Part shown: in pieces, positions 38,601 to 51,476 of the stretch
Numbering within the stretch: position 1 is the stretch's first letter
How the letters are laid out: every line of letters begins with the position of its first letter
Assembly: GCA_002269645.1 (NCBI GenBank)
Contig: NIVC01003027.1
Coordinates: forward strand, 1 to 64,000
From: Macrostomum lignano
Taxonomy: Eukaryota
Direction: 5' to 3'
Length of the DNA stretch: 64,000 bases
The notes under the pieces: generated by a model
Told to the model about the DNA's origin: nothing
The model's database searches: none
What the model saw: only the letters and a program-made list of their open reading frames with translations
Made by a program: the position numbers and the translations under genes

Positions 38601-40705
38601 GAATAGAGTGGGGTGCTAATCTAGTCCCAATCATAGAGGATTAGAGTGGATTGCTAATCTATTCTCAATCATAGATGAATAGAGTGGATTGCTAATCTAG
38701 TCTCAATCATAGAGGAATAGTATGGATTGCTAATCTATTCTCAATCATAGAGGATTAGAGTGGATTGCTAATCTAGTCTCAATCATAGAGGAATAGAGTG
38801 GATTGCTAATCTAGTCTCAATCATAGAGGAATAGAGTGGATTGCTAATCTGAATCATAGAGGATTAGAGTGGATTGATAATCTAGTCTCAATCATAGAGG
38901 ATTAGAATGGATTGCTAATCTAGTCTCAATCATAGAGGATTAGAATGGATTGCTAATCTAGTCTCAATCATAGAGGATTAAAGTGGATTGCTAATCCAGT
39001 CTCAATCATAGAGGATTAGAGTGGATTGTAATCTAGTCTCAATCATAGAGGATTAGAGTTGATTGATAATCTAGTCTCAATCATAGAGGATTAAAGTGGA
39101 TTGATAATCTAGTCTCAATGATAGAGGAATAGAGTGGATTGCTAATCTAGTCTCAATCATAGAGGAATAGAGTGGATTGCTAATCTAGTCTCAATCATAG
39201 AGGATTAAAGTGGACTGATAATCTAGTCTCAATCATAGAGGATTAGAGTGGATTGTAATCTAGTCTCAATCATAGAGGATTAAAGTGGATTGATAATCTA
39301 GTCTCAATGATAGAGGAATAGAGTGGATTGCTAATCTAGTCTCAATCATAGAGGAATAGAGTGGATTGCTAATCTAGTCTCAATCATAGAGGATTAAAGT
39401 GGACTGATAATCTAGTCTCAATCATAGAGGATTAGAGTTGATTGATAATCTAGTCTCAATCATAGAAGAATAGAATGGATTGCTAATCTAGTCTCAATCA
39501 TAGAGGATTAGAATGGATTGCTAATCTAGTCTCAATCATAGAGGATTAGAATGGATTGCTAATCTAGTCTCAATCATAGAGGATTAGAATGGATTGCTAA
39601 TCTAGTCTCAATCATAGAGGAATAGAGTGGGTTGATAATCTAGTCTCAATCATAGAGGATTAGAGTGGATTGCTAATCTAGTCTCAATCATAGAGGATTA
39701 GAGTGGATTGCTAATCTAGTCCCAATCATAGAGGATTATAGTGGATTGCTAATCTATTCTCAATCATAGATGAATAGAGTGGATTGCTAATCTATTCTCA
39801 ATCATAGAGGAATAGAGTGGGGTGCTAATCTATTCTCAATCATAGATGAATAGAGTGGATTGCTAATCTAGTCTCAATCATAGAGGAATAGAGTGGATTG
39901 CTAATCTAGTCTCAATCATAGAGGAATAGAGTGGATTGCTAATCTAGTCTCAATCATAGAAGAATAGAATGGATTGCTAATCTAGTCTCAATCATAGAGG
40001 ATTAGAATGGATTGCTAATCTAGTCTCAATCATAGAGGATTAAAGTGGATTGCTAATCCAGTCTCAATCATAGAGGATTAGAGTGGATTGTAATCTAGTC
40101 TCAATCATAGAGGATTAGAGTGGATTGCTAATCTAGTCTCAATCATAGAGGATTAAAGTGGATTGATAATCTAGTCTCAATGATAGAGGAATAGAGTGGA
40201 TTGCTAATCTAGTCTCAATCATAGAGGAATAGAGTGGATTGCTAATCTAGTCTCAATCATAGAGGATTAGAGTGGATTGATAATCTAGTCTCAATCATAG
40301 AGGATTAGAGTTGATTGATAATCTAGTCTCAATCATAGAAGAATAGAATGAATTGCTAATCTAGTCTCAATCATAGAGGATTAGAATGGATTGCTAATCT
40401 AGTCTCAATCATAGAGGATTAGAATGGATTGCTAATCTAGTCCCAATCATAGAGGATTAAAGTGGATTGCTAATCTAGTCTCAATCATAGAGGATTAGAA
40501 TGGATTGCTAATCTAGTCTCAGTCCTAGAGGAATAGAATGGATTGCTAATCTAGTCTCATTCCTAGAGGAATAGAATGGATTGCTAATCTAGTCTCAGTC
40601 CTAGAGGATTAGAATGGATTGCTAATCTAGTCTCAATCATAGAGGATTAGAATGGATTGCTAATCTAGTCTCAGTCCTAGAGGAATAGAATGGATTGCTA
40701 ATCTA
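35690..40705. repeat. 38-bp satellite (GTGGATTGCTAATCTAGTCTCAATCATAGAGGAATAGA)n, ~130 units, 5 kb, with higher-order structure
   Basis: Direct reading; no ORF is listed in any frame across it. Confidence 0.98.
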
Positions 40706-41264
40706 GTTTTGATTATAAGCTGCAACTCTTCAAGTATTGTTTCAAGGATGCGGTAGCATACTGTTATTAAATTTTCCAACATCACTGCCTTTCAAACGTA
40801 TCTACAGTCCTACCTGATTGGCACAATATTTTCCTAGTTAAATTGTCTTTCTTCCCAAAAGTTTCCAGGGTCATGGCGCAGTTTGGATGGGGAAATGTCG
40901 CAGTTCGAAAGCCCTCAATATGATGAGGCGCAAACTTCGGCGTGTCCCCAGATCTTGTCCTTCAGGACAGCCCGTCTATGTTGAATCAGGATGTTGTGGC
41001 CACCTGACTTCAGCCTAGCATTAGTCGAGAGCCATGCGTTGCTGCCCCCCGTTCGCTCTACCCTGGCCCGTGAATAAACAGGAAAATTTTTGTTTCTGAA
41101 AAAGCATGGTGGGTCAGCCAGCAACCAGCTTTCGACTTGCGTTGCCCCCCTCAAGGAGGCCCAAGACCGGAGCCTGGACTGCCGAATCTACATTTAGACA
41201 GCTGTGGGCCCGCTGCAGTTATCGTGACAATTGTCTCATTGTTATCTCAAACGATTATACTGAA

Positions 41265-41970
41265 TATTACTGAATGTCACTGAATGTCACTGAATGTCAC
41301 TGAATGTCACTGAATGTCACTGAATTTCACTGCATATCACTGAATGTCACTGAAAGTCACTGAAAGTCACTGAAAGTCACCGAAAGTCACTGAATGTCAC
41401 TAAATGTCACTGAATGTCACTGAATGTCACTGAATTTCATTGAATATCACTGAATAACACAGAATGTCACTGAAAGTCACTGAAAGTCACTGAAAGTCAC
41501 TGAAAGTCACTGAATGTCACTGAATGTCACTGAAAGTCACTGAAAGTCACTGAAAGTCACTGAAAGTCACTGAAAGTCAATGAAAGTCACTGAATATCAC
41601 TGAATGTCATTGAATGTCACTGAAAGTCACTGAAAGTCAATGAAAGTCACTGAATGTCACTGAAGGTCACTGAAAGTCACTGAATATCAGTGAATGTCAC
41701 TGAATGTCACTGAATGTCACTGAATGTCACTGAATGTCACTGAATGTCACTGAATGTCACTGAATGTCACTGAATGTCACTGAATGTCACTGAATGTCAA
41801 TGAAAGTCACTGAATATCACTGAAGGTCACTGAAAGTCACTGAATATCACTGAAGGTCACTGAAAGTCACTGAATATCACTGAATGTCACTGAATGTCAC
41901 TGAATGTCACTGAATGTCACTGAATGTCACTGAATGTCACTGAATGTCACTGAATGTCATTGAATGTCAC
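41265..41970. repeat. 10-bp minisatellite (TGAATGTCAC/TGAAAGTCAC)n
   Basis: Direct reading. Confidence 0.97.
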
Positions 41971-43574
41971 TTCAAATTTGAGAATAAGAAATTCAGCTGT
42001 TTTCTATTTGACAAAGCTGCAAACAGAGTGGAACTCAAACTCAATAGCGGATCCTTGGGAGTCAGAGTGGGTCAGTTGACCAAAACCTAAAAAAACCGAG
42101 CCAACCTAAAAGTAGTTACTCCAGGTTTTGGTTCTGGACCTCCTTGACCTCGCCACCAGAGCCAGCTTCTACCTTCATTGCAATTCAATTCGTGACTTTG
42201 CAAATCTGCAAATGCAGTTTCGCTACATGCTCCTGGGTTGTGTGTGTGCGTGCGTGTGTGTGGGGGCCTTTTGCGCTGCTAAAGTCTGACTGGCCCCTCC
42301 GGTGTTCTGTGGTGGTTCGTTTGGAGGCTTGGATGACTTTGTAAACACGGTGTGCCTGGGCTAAAGTTATATATGCACACTTGTTGCTAGCTGGAATGTC
42401 TCCAATGTGTTTTCAATCTGATGGCTACAGTGGGCAAGCATGAAATACTGAACACATTTTTTAGCAAGCTGAACGAACCAAATATGGTTTAAATGAAGGA
42501 TAATAACTCAGTTGAATCACCATATTGGCCAACTGGCTGACGAGCTGTCAATCAAAACTTGACAAAATTTTATAAATGCGCAATGTTTCAATAGATAAGG
42601 ATCTGTGACAATTAGAATTTTGAAAGCAGTTAGTCATCACTTTATTTTTTAATTTTACTGCTTATGCAATTTGTACTGCTGTGCTGTTCGCTGTTGCCGC
42701 AAAAACTGACTCGAAAATAAACTAACTTTAACCTGAAATTAAGGGAAAAAAGCAAATAATGAAAGCAGCAAAGCCTAAAAGCCTTTCGAATTTCTTTTTT
42801 CACTAAAAACTATCTTGGCCAAAGCCGCCCTCGGCTCCCCTCCCATTCTGAAGCCCCGATAAGGCATACGGGACATGTCAATCACCCTGAAACCCGGTTC
42901 TCGCCCCTTCATCTGAGAAGCTGCTGCCTTCGTCCCAGCAGTAATCCCACGCCTCTCTGGGCCTCCTGACGGCTTCAGCACCCCCGCAGACAATATTTTC
43001 AAACGCGAAATATTATACTTGACAGCAGCAACTGGCCGGCCTGTCCGGCTCTGTCCGGGGTCGGCCATGACCAGGGACAGTTGCCGCAAATTGGTATATT
43101 ATTATTGAACAGACTGCAGAGCCAAGCTGCAGGGCAACTTTCTGGTCTGGGAAATTTTACACTTTTCTTTCTATTCGCACCAATGCTGCTGCTGCTCTAA
43201 CAGCATCGGGCGGCGACATTGCGGCTTGGCTAGGGAAAGACGAAGTGATGAAGACAGATTTCCATTGCGCTGTTTCTTTTAATGTTGAAATTTTTATTGC
43301 CGCATTTTCTGCTTGGCACGCTTTTCGTCTTAAAGAAACCGAAGCGCTGAAGGTTGCTGGGGTCACGATGTTTATTTTGCGCTTCGCTGGAAGCTGCAAC
43401 GAGACAAGAAAAGATGAGAACTGAAACCTTTGCCACCCCTCCCGAATCTACAGACAGCTTCAGCCTGACTGCACAGCTTCACTTTGCACACAAATAGTGG
43501 ATAAGTTTTTGCACCACCTTTTAATACTGCTATCATAACTTCTTTTGATTACCATCATTTTTGAAACCACCATT

Positions 43575-43800
<226 letters not shown>

Positions 43801-43880
43801 ACAGGCATGCATAAGGCAGTTTGAAACTGCCAACCACGCACACGGAAGATTGAAGTTTGCCAGTTGTCGAACATTCGAAA

Positions 43881-43921
43881 AAACCGATATTTCGGCCAGA
43901 ACCTGCCCTTCTTCAGGGTTT
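43881..43921 (-). ncRNA. Minimal type I hammerhead ribozyme (Penelope-like-element type)
   Basis: Minus strand reads AAACC-CUGAAGA-A-GGGCAG-GUU-CUGGCC-GAAA-UAUC-GGUUU. Intact CUGANGA and GAAA core, stem I AAACC/GGUUU (5 bp), stem II 5 of 6 pairs, palindromic AUAU stem III, AUC cleavage triplet. Confidence 0.72.
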
Positions 43922-43980
43922 ATATTTGGGGTATAAAAACAACGATTATTTTAGCAGTGAACTCATTTTATTACTGAAAT

Positions 43981-44011
43981 TAGATAGACAGATAGATAAA
44001 TAAATAAATAA

Positions 44012-44092
<81 letters not shown>

Positions 44093-44097
44093 CAGAT
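43981..44097. repeat. (GATA)n microsatellite with TAAA variants
   Basis: Direct reading. Confidence 0.96.
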
Positions 44098-44329
44098 TAA
44101 TTCCCGTAATTAATAGATATTTTTTACCTGCGGTAGAGATGAAAAATTGCGCAAAATTCAGTGGGGACATGCTTTCTTCTCTGAAGCTGAGTGTACCGTG
44201 GATTAAGCTTAAGAAATAAAGCACAAATTGCTACATGTGTGCCTTCTTTGAAGGATAATCTGATTTAGGGACAGTCGTTCTTGGGGGGAATAACGTTTGG
44301 TGTCTCTTTTTAATCGATACAAAACTAAC

Positions 44330-45940
44330 CAGTGATCAAATCCAACAACAAATACAACAGAATACGCGTTCAGCGTCACAGGCGCGAACGAACGCCACGC
44401 CGCCGGCCGAATCCGCAGGCAGTCGACGAAACGCCGAGTGCGCGCCTGCCCCTGCCGGTAGGGTCCCTGCAGCGTTAGCAGCAGCACCTCCTGCATCGGC
44501 TGTGGGCAGTACGACTCGGCGCGGATGATGTGGCCTGCCAGCTGGAGTCGCCGACGGCGCAACAGGTCGCTTGGACGGACCAGGCCGGCGCGGTGATACA
44601 AAGCCGCGTTGGTCACTCGCTCGTAGCCGATCTTGAAGGCGTCGCGCAGCAGGCCAGCGTGCGCCGCGTCAAATTTTGCTCGAGCGACTCCGTCAGCGTC
44701 CAGATCTCGGCGTTGTACGAGCGTACAGCAGGACGGTCTCGATCACCGCCTGGAACAACGCCGCCATCTGGCGGTCAGGTAAGGCCTCGGACTGCAGGAC
44801 TGCCTTCACAGAACGAAAGGCAGCCCAGGCAAGCCCGCGGACGCCAGGAACCAGACCACCGAGGTACTCGTAGACGAACTGCTGACAGCGCGGGAACTCC
44901 GTCACCTGTCCATCAGCGCCTCGGCACAAAATCGCAGCTTTGATGTCGTCCGGCACGCAGAGCACGACGGTCTTCTGCGTGTTGACCACCTGGCCGACAC
45001 TCGCCGCAACAACAACAAGCTTGTCCAGTTGTCGCTGGGCGCCCTCGACAGTTGAGGACAGCAGGGCGAGATCATCGGCGTAGCCAAGCACGCTGAGCCG
45101 CCTCTCCGGTTGACGTCGACCCACGCGTCGCCGCAACAGAAAGCCGTCGTCGTTGGTAGGAAGAGCGATCCGCAGCACCCAGTCAAGCGCCAGAACGATC
45201 AGAAACGGCGCAAGCGTATCTCCCCGAAGCACCCCGGAGGATGTCTCAAAGAAGTCCGATAGGCCGTCCGGTGTTGAAACAGCAGCTTTCGTATCACGGT
45301 ACATCACCATGATGGCGGAAATCAGCCGCTCTGGGACGTTGTACACACGAGCACCTTTGGGAGCACAGACCTGACGAACAAATCGAATGCCTTCTTGAAA
45401 TCTATAAAGATAACAATCAGGAACAACTGGCGTGTCCGCGCCTCCTCGATGACTCGGCGAAGAGCCAGGATTTGCGTCACTGTGCCGCGATGGGGCCGGA
45501 AGCCGTTCTGCTTAGGACGGCGACCTCGCTGTCCACAAAGTGGATGCGTAGCGCCTCGATGGGCACCTCGTCGAGACCCAGTGCTTTCCCACCGGGTGAC
45601 TGTTGGCTCACAACGTCGGCTGTGCTGACTGGTGTGCTGACTGGTGTTAGGCTGAAACTCTCTTCTGCCGGCAACGGCATCTCCGGCGGCAGCGTCAGAC
45701 TGTCTGGCAGCCGGGGTGGCGGCGCGTTGACAATGGCGGCGAAGAACTCACGCGTTCCTGCGCTTGTCCGCAGAGTCGTCTGCCAGGTTGAGCGGAATAC
45801 ACCGCTTTCGCCCCAGGTTGATAGCCGACCAGGCACGCGACCTCTGGCATCGGGTCCAGCGGCAGAGACGGCCCAAACGGCGTCATCAACAGCAGCAGCC
45901 CAAATGACGTCATGATAAAATGCAGAAAATGGCAGAAACA
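44330..45940 (-). mobile_element. 5'-truncated, frameshifted non-LTR retrotransposon (RTE-like) reverse-transcriptase relic
   Basis: Across frames: LDEVPIEALR, KQNGFRPHRGTVTQILALRRVIE, FIDFKKAFD, GVLRGDTLAPFL, YADDLALL, RRRRLQLAGHIIR. Frameshifts at ~45525 and ~45345. No endonuclease domain seen. Confidence 0.92.
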
Positions 45941-45959
45941 AACCATGATGCCCCCGCGG

Positions 45960-46385
45960 TTCTCGGTACCCGATTCCCGGTACCCGATTCCCGTTACCCG
46001 ATTCCCGGTACCCGATTCCCGGTACCCGATTCCCGGTACCCGATTCCCGGTACCCGATTTCCGGTACCCGATTCCCGGTACCCGATTCCCTGTACCCGAT
46101 TCCCGGTACCCGATTCCCGGTACCCGATTCCCGGTACCCGATTCCCGGTACCCGATTCCCGGTACCCGATTCCCGGTACCCGATTCCCGTTACCCGATTC
46201 CCGTTACCCGATTCCCGGTACCCGATTCCCGTTACCCGATTCCCGGTACCCGATTCCCGGTACCCGATTCCCGGTACCCGATTCCCGGTACCCGATTCCC
46301 GGTACCCGATTCCCGGTACCCGATTCCCGGTACCCGATTCCCGGTACCCGATTCCCTGTACCCGATTCCCGGTTCCCGATTCCGA
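45960..46385. repeat. 14-bp minisatellite (CCGGTACCCGATTC)n abutting the 5' end of the RT relic
   Basis: Direct reading. Confidence 0.97.
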
Positions 46386-47114
46386 GTATTCGATTCAGTG
46401 AATTGGAATATTTAGTGTAGATCCTGAATGGGATGACGTTATTACACTGCTTTTTGCGGTAAAGTCATATATTGGGTATAAGAGTGAGAGGGGTTCTCCT
46501 CAGATACAAAAAATAAATCATAGTTCGTTTTTTCGACCGAATCGATGCTTTCCAACGGTCTGTCTCTCTTGCCGTCCCATCTCTTCTCCTCCCCCTCTTC
46601 TCCGCCGCTAAATAATTAATTACCCCAAAAAACCCGCAGCCATAAATGCGGGCCTGGCGGCAAGGCGAGAGGCGAACAAACCGCAGTCAGCGCCCCATCT
46701 GCAACCAGTTACTTATAGCCGTCTCTATGCTTCACTCACTGGCCTCTTTGCCATCCAAACCCATCTTCAGACTGCACGCATAAAATTTACAGTTTTTTCC
46801 TCCTATCAACATTTATATAATTAATTGCTGGATTTTTCTTCTATTGGACAGTGTTGGGAGATACGAAAAAAAACTTTTTTTGTGAGTAGGATATTATGTT
46901 TTAGACTAATGCAGCTTTACTCTCTGCAGCTTTGTGCGACTGAGAAATACTTTTCTATGAATGTCAGCATTTATTTCATATTTACTGTATTATATATCGG
47001 ATAATACATTCCATAAATATTTATGCATATTAAGTCATTTACAGCAACCGACAGTAATTGACAGTAAACGACAGACTGCTGTGAATTGCAGCACTGTCAG
47101 CAGATGACGGGACA

Positions 47115-48075
47115 CTGACAGCAACTGAGAGACATTGACAGAAACTGAGAGACATTGACAGAAACAGAGAGACATTGACAGCAACTGAGAGACATTGACA
47201 GCAACTGAGAGACATTGACAGCAACTGAGAGACATTGACAGAAACTGAGAGACATTGACAGAAACTGAGAGACATTGACAGCAACTGAGAGACATTTACA
47301 GAAACTGAGAGACATTGACAGCAACTGAGAGACATTGACAGAAACTGAGAGACATTGACAGAAACTGAGAGACATTGACAGCAACTGAGAGACATTGACA
47401 GAAACTGAGAGACATTGACAGCAACTGAGAGACATTGACAGAAACTGAGAGACATTGACAGCAACTGAGAGACATTGACAGAAACTGAGAGACATTGACA
47501 GCAACCGAGAGACATTGACAGAAACTGAGAGACATTGACAGCAACTGAGAGACATTGACAGAAACTGAGAGACATTGACAGCAACTGAGAGACATTGACA
47601 GAAACTGAGAGACATTGACAGCAACCGAGAGACATTGACAGCAACCGAGAGACATTGACAGCAACTGAGAGACATTGACAGAAACTGAGAGACATTGACA
47701 GCAACCGAGAGACATTGACAGCAACCGAGAGACATTGACAGAAACTGAGAGAAATTGACAGAAACAGAGAGACATTGACAGCAACTGAGAGACATTGACA
47801 GCAACTGAGAGACATTGACAGCAACAGAGAGACATTGACAGCAACTGAGAGACATTGACAGCAAATGAGAGACATTGACAGCAACTGAGAGACATTAACA
47901 GCAATCGAGAGACATTGACAGCAACTGAGAGACATTGACAGCAACCGAGAGACATTGACAGCAACAGAGAGACATTGACAGAAACAGAGAGACATTGACA
48001 GCAACTGAGAGACATTGACAGAAACAGAGAGACATTGACAGCAACTGAGAGACATTGACAGCAACTGAGAGACAG
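47115..48075. repeat. 20-bp minisatellite (GACAG[C/A]AACTGAGAGACATT)n, ~48 units
   Basis: Direct reading. Confidence 0.97.
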
Positions 48076-51000
48076 TAACGGAGAGACACTGACAGGAACA
48101 TTGACAGACATCTATTAAAAGCAATTGATAGTCGCTGAAATAAAAAATTATAATTTAATATACGAACGTAACCAATCAAATATCAACAGAAGAGCACTTT
48201 CTTCTTTAAAAATTCAGCAAAAGTCAGCGTATTGCTGACTCAGGATTGAGAATGAAATATTTAGAGATATTCACCAGCCAGACACATAGCTATCCATAAT
48301 TCCAAGAAACCGCAGTCACATCACGCTTTCCGGTCGGCTCTTAAGCAGGCCTGCTCAAGCGCAAACATTGTCGCTCGATGCCCAGATGCTAGCCTGACTG
48401 ACAGATCTCCCAGTGTGGGAGCATGAGGAGGATTGAAGCGGGATGCAGGGGAATACTGGATCCTCTCAGCTCGATTCTGTCTTTAATTTGCCCCAGGCCA
48501 GGGCTATACTAGCTGTGCTCAGTAATCCTTTTCCCGTGTTCGTGCTCAGACGCAATTTCAATCGAATCAGTTCACAGCATTGCACCATGCAGATCGGAGC
48601 ACTGCGTACAACAGTTGTTGAGAGTTAGCTGGGCTTTAAATAAACTGCACGGGCCTGCATGTTCTCGGTCGAGATAATCATATAATTCTGCATTCACTAT
48701 ATCATAGCGCCCAATCGAGCGGATAGGAGGCCAGAGAGTTTTTACCTTAGTTTGACAATTCGAAGCTGCATGCATGAGTCATGGCAGCAGGATGTGCCTG
48801 GAGTTTGGCGAATGGCATTAATATGCTTTTGAGAGACCGTGTGGCTGGGACCCATAGATCTTCTTGAGTAAGCTCATAAGGTTGGTGAAATCTTCTCAAA
48901 GGAACTGAGTCAGGGGGCCGGTATCAGAAAGCGAATTATGCAGGGGAATTATAAAGGCTATAGCCTAGCCGCCTTGGCATCTTTTACTGCCTCCGGAGCT
49001 AATAAAAATCGGATTACGGGACAGTCGCAGACCGAAAGAGAGAGAGAGCTTCATGAGTCTATTTGGCGAATATGATGACTATCCTTAGTTCTCGATCAAG
49101 AGCTATGATATACGAGCTATTCATAACTATATAGCTAATGACTCGAGCAGTTATAGAGAAATTATTAGTAGGGGATGTACATACTTTACTCAGATGGGTT
49201 TGTAAGAACATACTAAACATTTTAGAGCAGATTTTCTAGTGTACACACAATGTCTGAAGCCGAACTGCGTGTTTGCCAAAATGCATTATATAGTCTAATC
49301 CAAGTTCTCAATCAACCTAACATACACGTTACATGTATGTGTATGTTTGCTCAAAGAAATCGAACACCATGTGGTTGTGAGATCCACACTGTACCATATA
49401 CATGTACATACTGTACGCTGTCGGAAACCTGGAAGCAGAATTCCATTTACTTGACTACATGTACGATTCCATTTTAATTTGAGTCTAAAACACATCGTTA
49501 TTAAGATATAATTAATTAGCTGAAGTATATTTGTACATGTACGAGTTCTATGCTGCAGTTCATTTATTTAAAAACATAAATGTACATTTGATTGTTCTTC
49601 CAGTTGACATGCGATAGATACATTTAACACAGTTTTATTATCAGATTTAAATTTTTAGTCTTTCTTAGCTACAAGTGTATGGATTTTAACCCACATTGTT
49701 GCATATACATGTACATATATTATATGTAATCTTAATCACCGTCACTGCACTCAATTTATAATAGACATTCAGGATGCAGCGCGCTATCAGTTGGTGCATC
49801 ACTTTGCCAAAATCAATTAAAATTAAAAATATCGAACACCCTACATGTAGACACGTAGTATAAATGCTATAGCGGTCCTTGGTAGTAAATGTAGATCTAC
49901 GTGTACTAGATTTTTCTCATCATAGCTCCGAAGATCGTTGAGTCGCAGCAGTGTTCATTAAGGGTCTCTCATCTGTTCAGATAACTACTTAATAAATGAA
50001 AACTCTACTCTTGTTGTACTCTTGTAATAATCTTGTTCTGTTCAATGTTTCCTGCTATAAACATCCGTAATAGAGTACAGTATCATACATAATATACATG
50101 TATATGCCTCATCGCCAAAACGCAGAGTACTGTGGTAAAGTTGCGCGTCCGAGAAAAAGTAGAATTAAGAAGGTGAGCGCTATAATCTTTTATGCGACAT
50201 GTTTCGCCTAAAAAAAGATAGCGCTCACCTTCTTAAAACGCAGTCGTTTGATGATATAGTAGGTAAAGTAATGTAATTCTAGTGATCCCTACTAGTGAGT
50301 AAAATTAAAGATCCTGGTAGCCGCAGAATAAAATTTACTGACCACAGAATTGCGATTGTGTACTGTATTTTGTTTTCTATTTTTATACATCGATCAAGTC
50401 AGTAAATTAAACTTCTCAAAACAGCACGTCAAACAGAGTCCGGAACAATGAGTACATTATGTAAAACAATATAAAAGCATGAAACAAAAATTATTTGATA
50501 ATAACTCATAATATAGTCAATAGAAGAACGAAAAGTAAACTAAATTTAAATAACTTACACGGGTACTTGACAAATATATTAGATCTTAAAATGTTTTCGT
50601 ACATTTAAATCACAAAAATAATCTGATTAAACGGAATATTAATATCGAATATATATTGATAGCACTGAGCTGTATATGCGTATGCGGTCGATTTATTTTT
50701 AAATATATAATATTAATAGTCTGTTACTGGGATAAATTCGCAGTCTTCATAAGACGCTTTAGTTTCAATAAATATGACAATTCAATACGTAATACAAATC
50801 AAAAAGTTAAAGTATAGCAATCACAGTAACAGTATTGTATTGCTCTCAAAATTTTAGTTACTGGCACTCTACTGCACTGCCGTAGTGCAGTTTTGAAGTT
50901 TTGAAGCATAGAATTAGTCATAATGCTTAATCAGGCCAAAGTCTCTTTAAAGTATTTATTTGTATTTAAATAGTTTATAGATTACTTTTCTGGAGTCTAT

Positions 51001-51476
51001 ATAATTTAAAACATAACTTGACAATTGCCAATATTTAAAATATTATTAGTATATATTCCAATTAAACTAAAATTAAATATCAAATGAACAAATTAAATAA
51101 TTAAACTAAAGTAAAGACTATATAAAATTATTTGTATCAATCAATCCATTAAAAAGCCCATGTGTTCCTTTTGTTTTTGGTCAATAAATTATTTTAGATT
51201 TTTTTTATTATGAATAATATGAACAATAAATCAATGCCAATAGACAATAAACTTTAAACAAATAATTAACAATAAATTGAAATTGTAGTTCTTATAGAAG
51301 GCCCTAGACCTAGTATAGCAACTATTATAGGCCCTAATAGATATTAGATGCTGGCTTAGCCTTATCCTAGATTCCTAGATACATTCTGTGTACACTAAAA
51401 AAAATTGCCCATATATAGATATATTGTTGATAAACCAATGGCAATGCAATTGATAGACTTTTATAGGCTGCATAAA

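Noticed and set aside
40730-41260. GC-richer unique island with a 79-aa minus-strand ORF between two arrays
   Set aside because: No recognisable motif, splice pair or homology; may be a TE fragment but unsupported.
43230-43436. ORF MAKVSVLIFSCLVAASSEAQ...LQRFG resembling a signal peptide plus RFamide precursor
   Set aside because: It starts at GTG, the hydrophobic stretch is the polypyrimidine tract of a splice acceptor, and no basic cleavage site follows the Gly.
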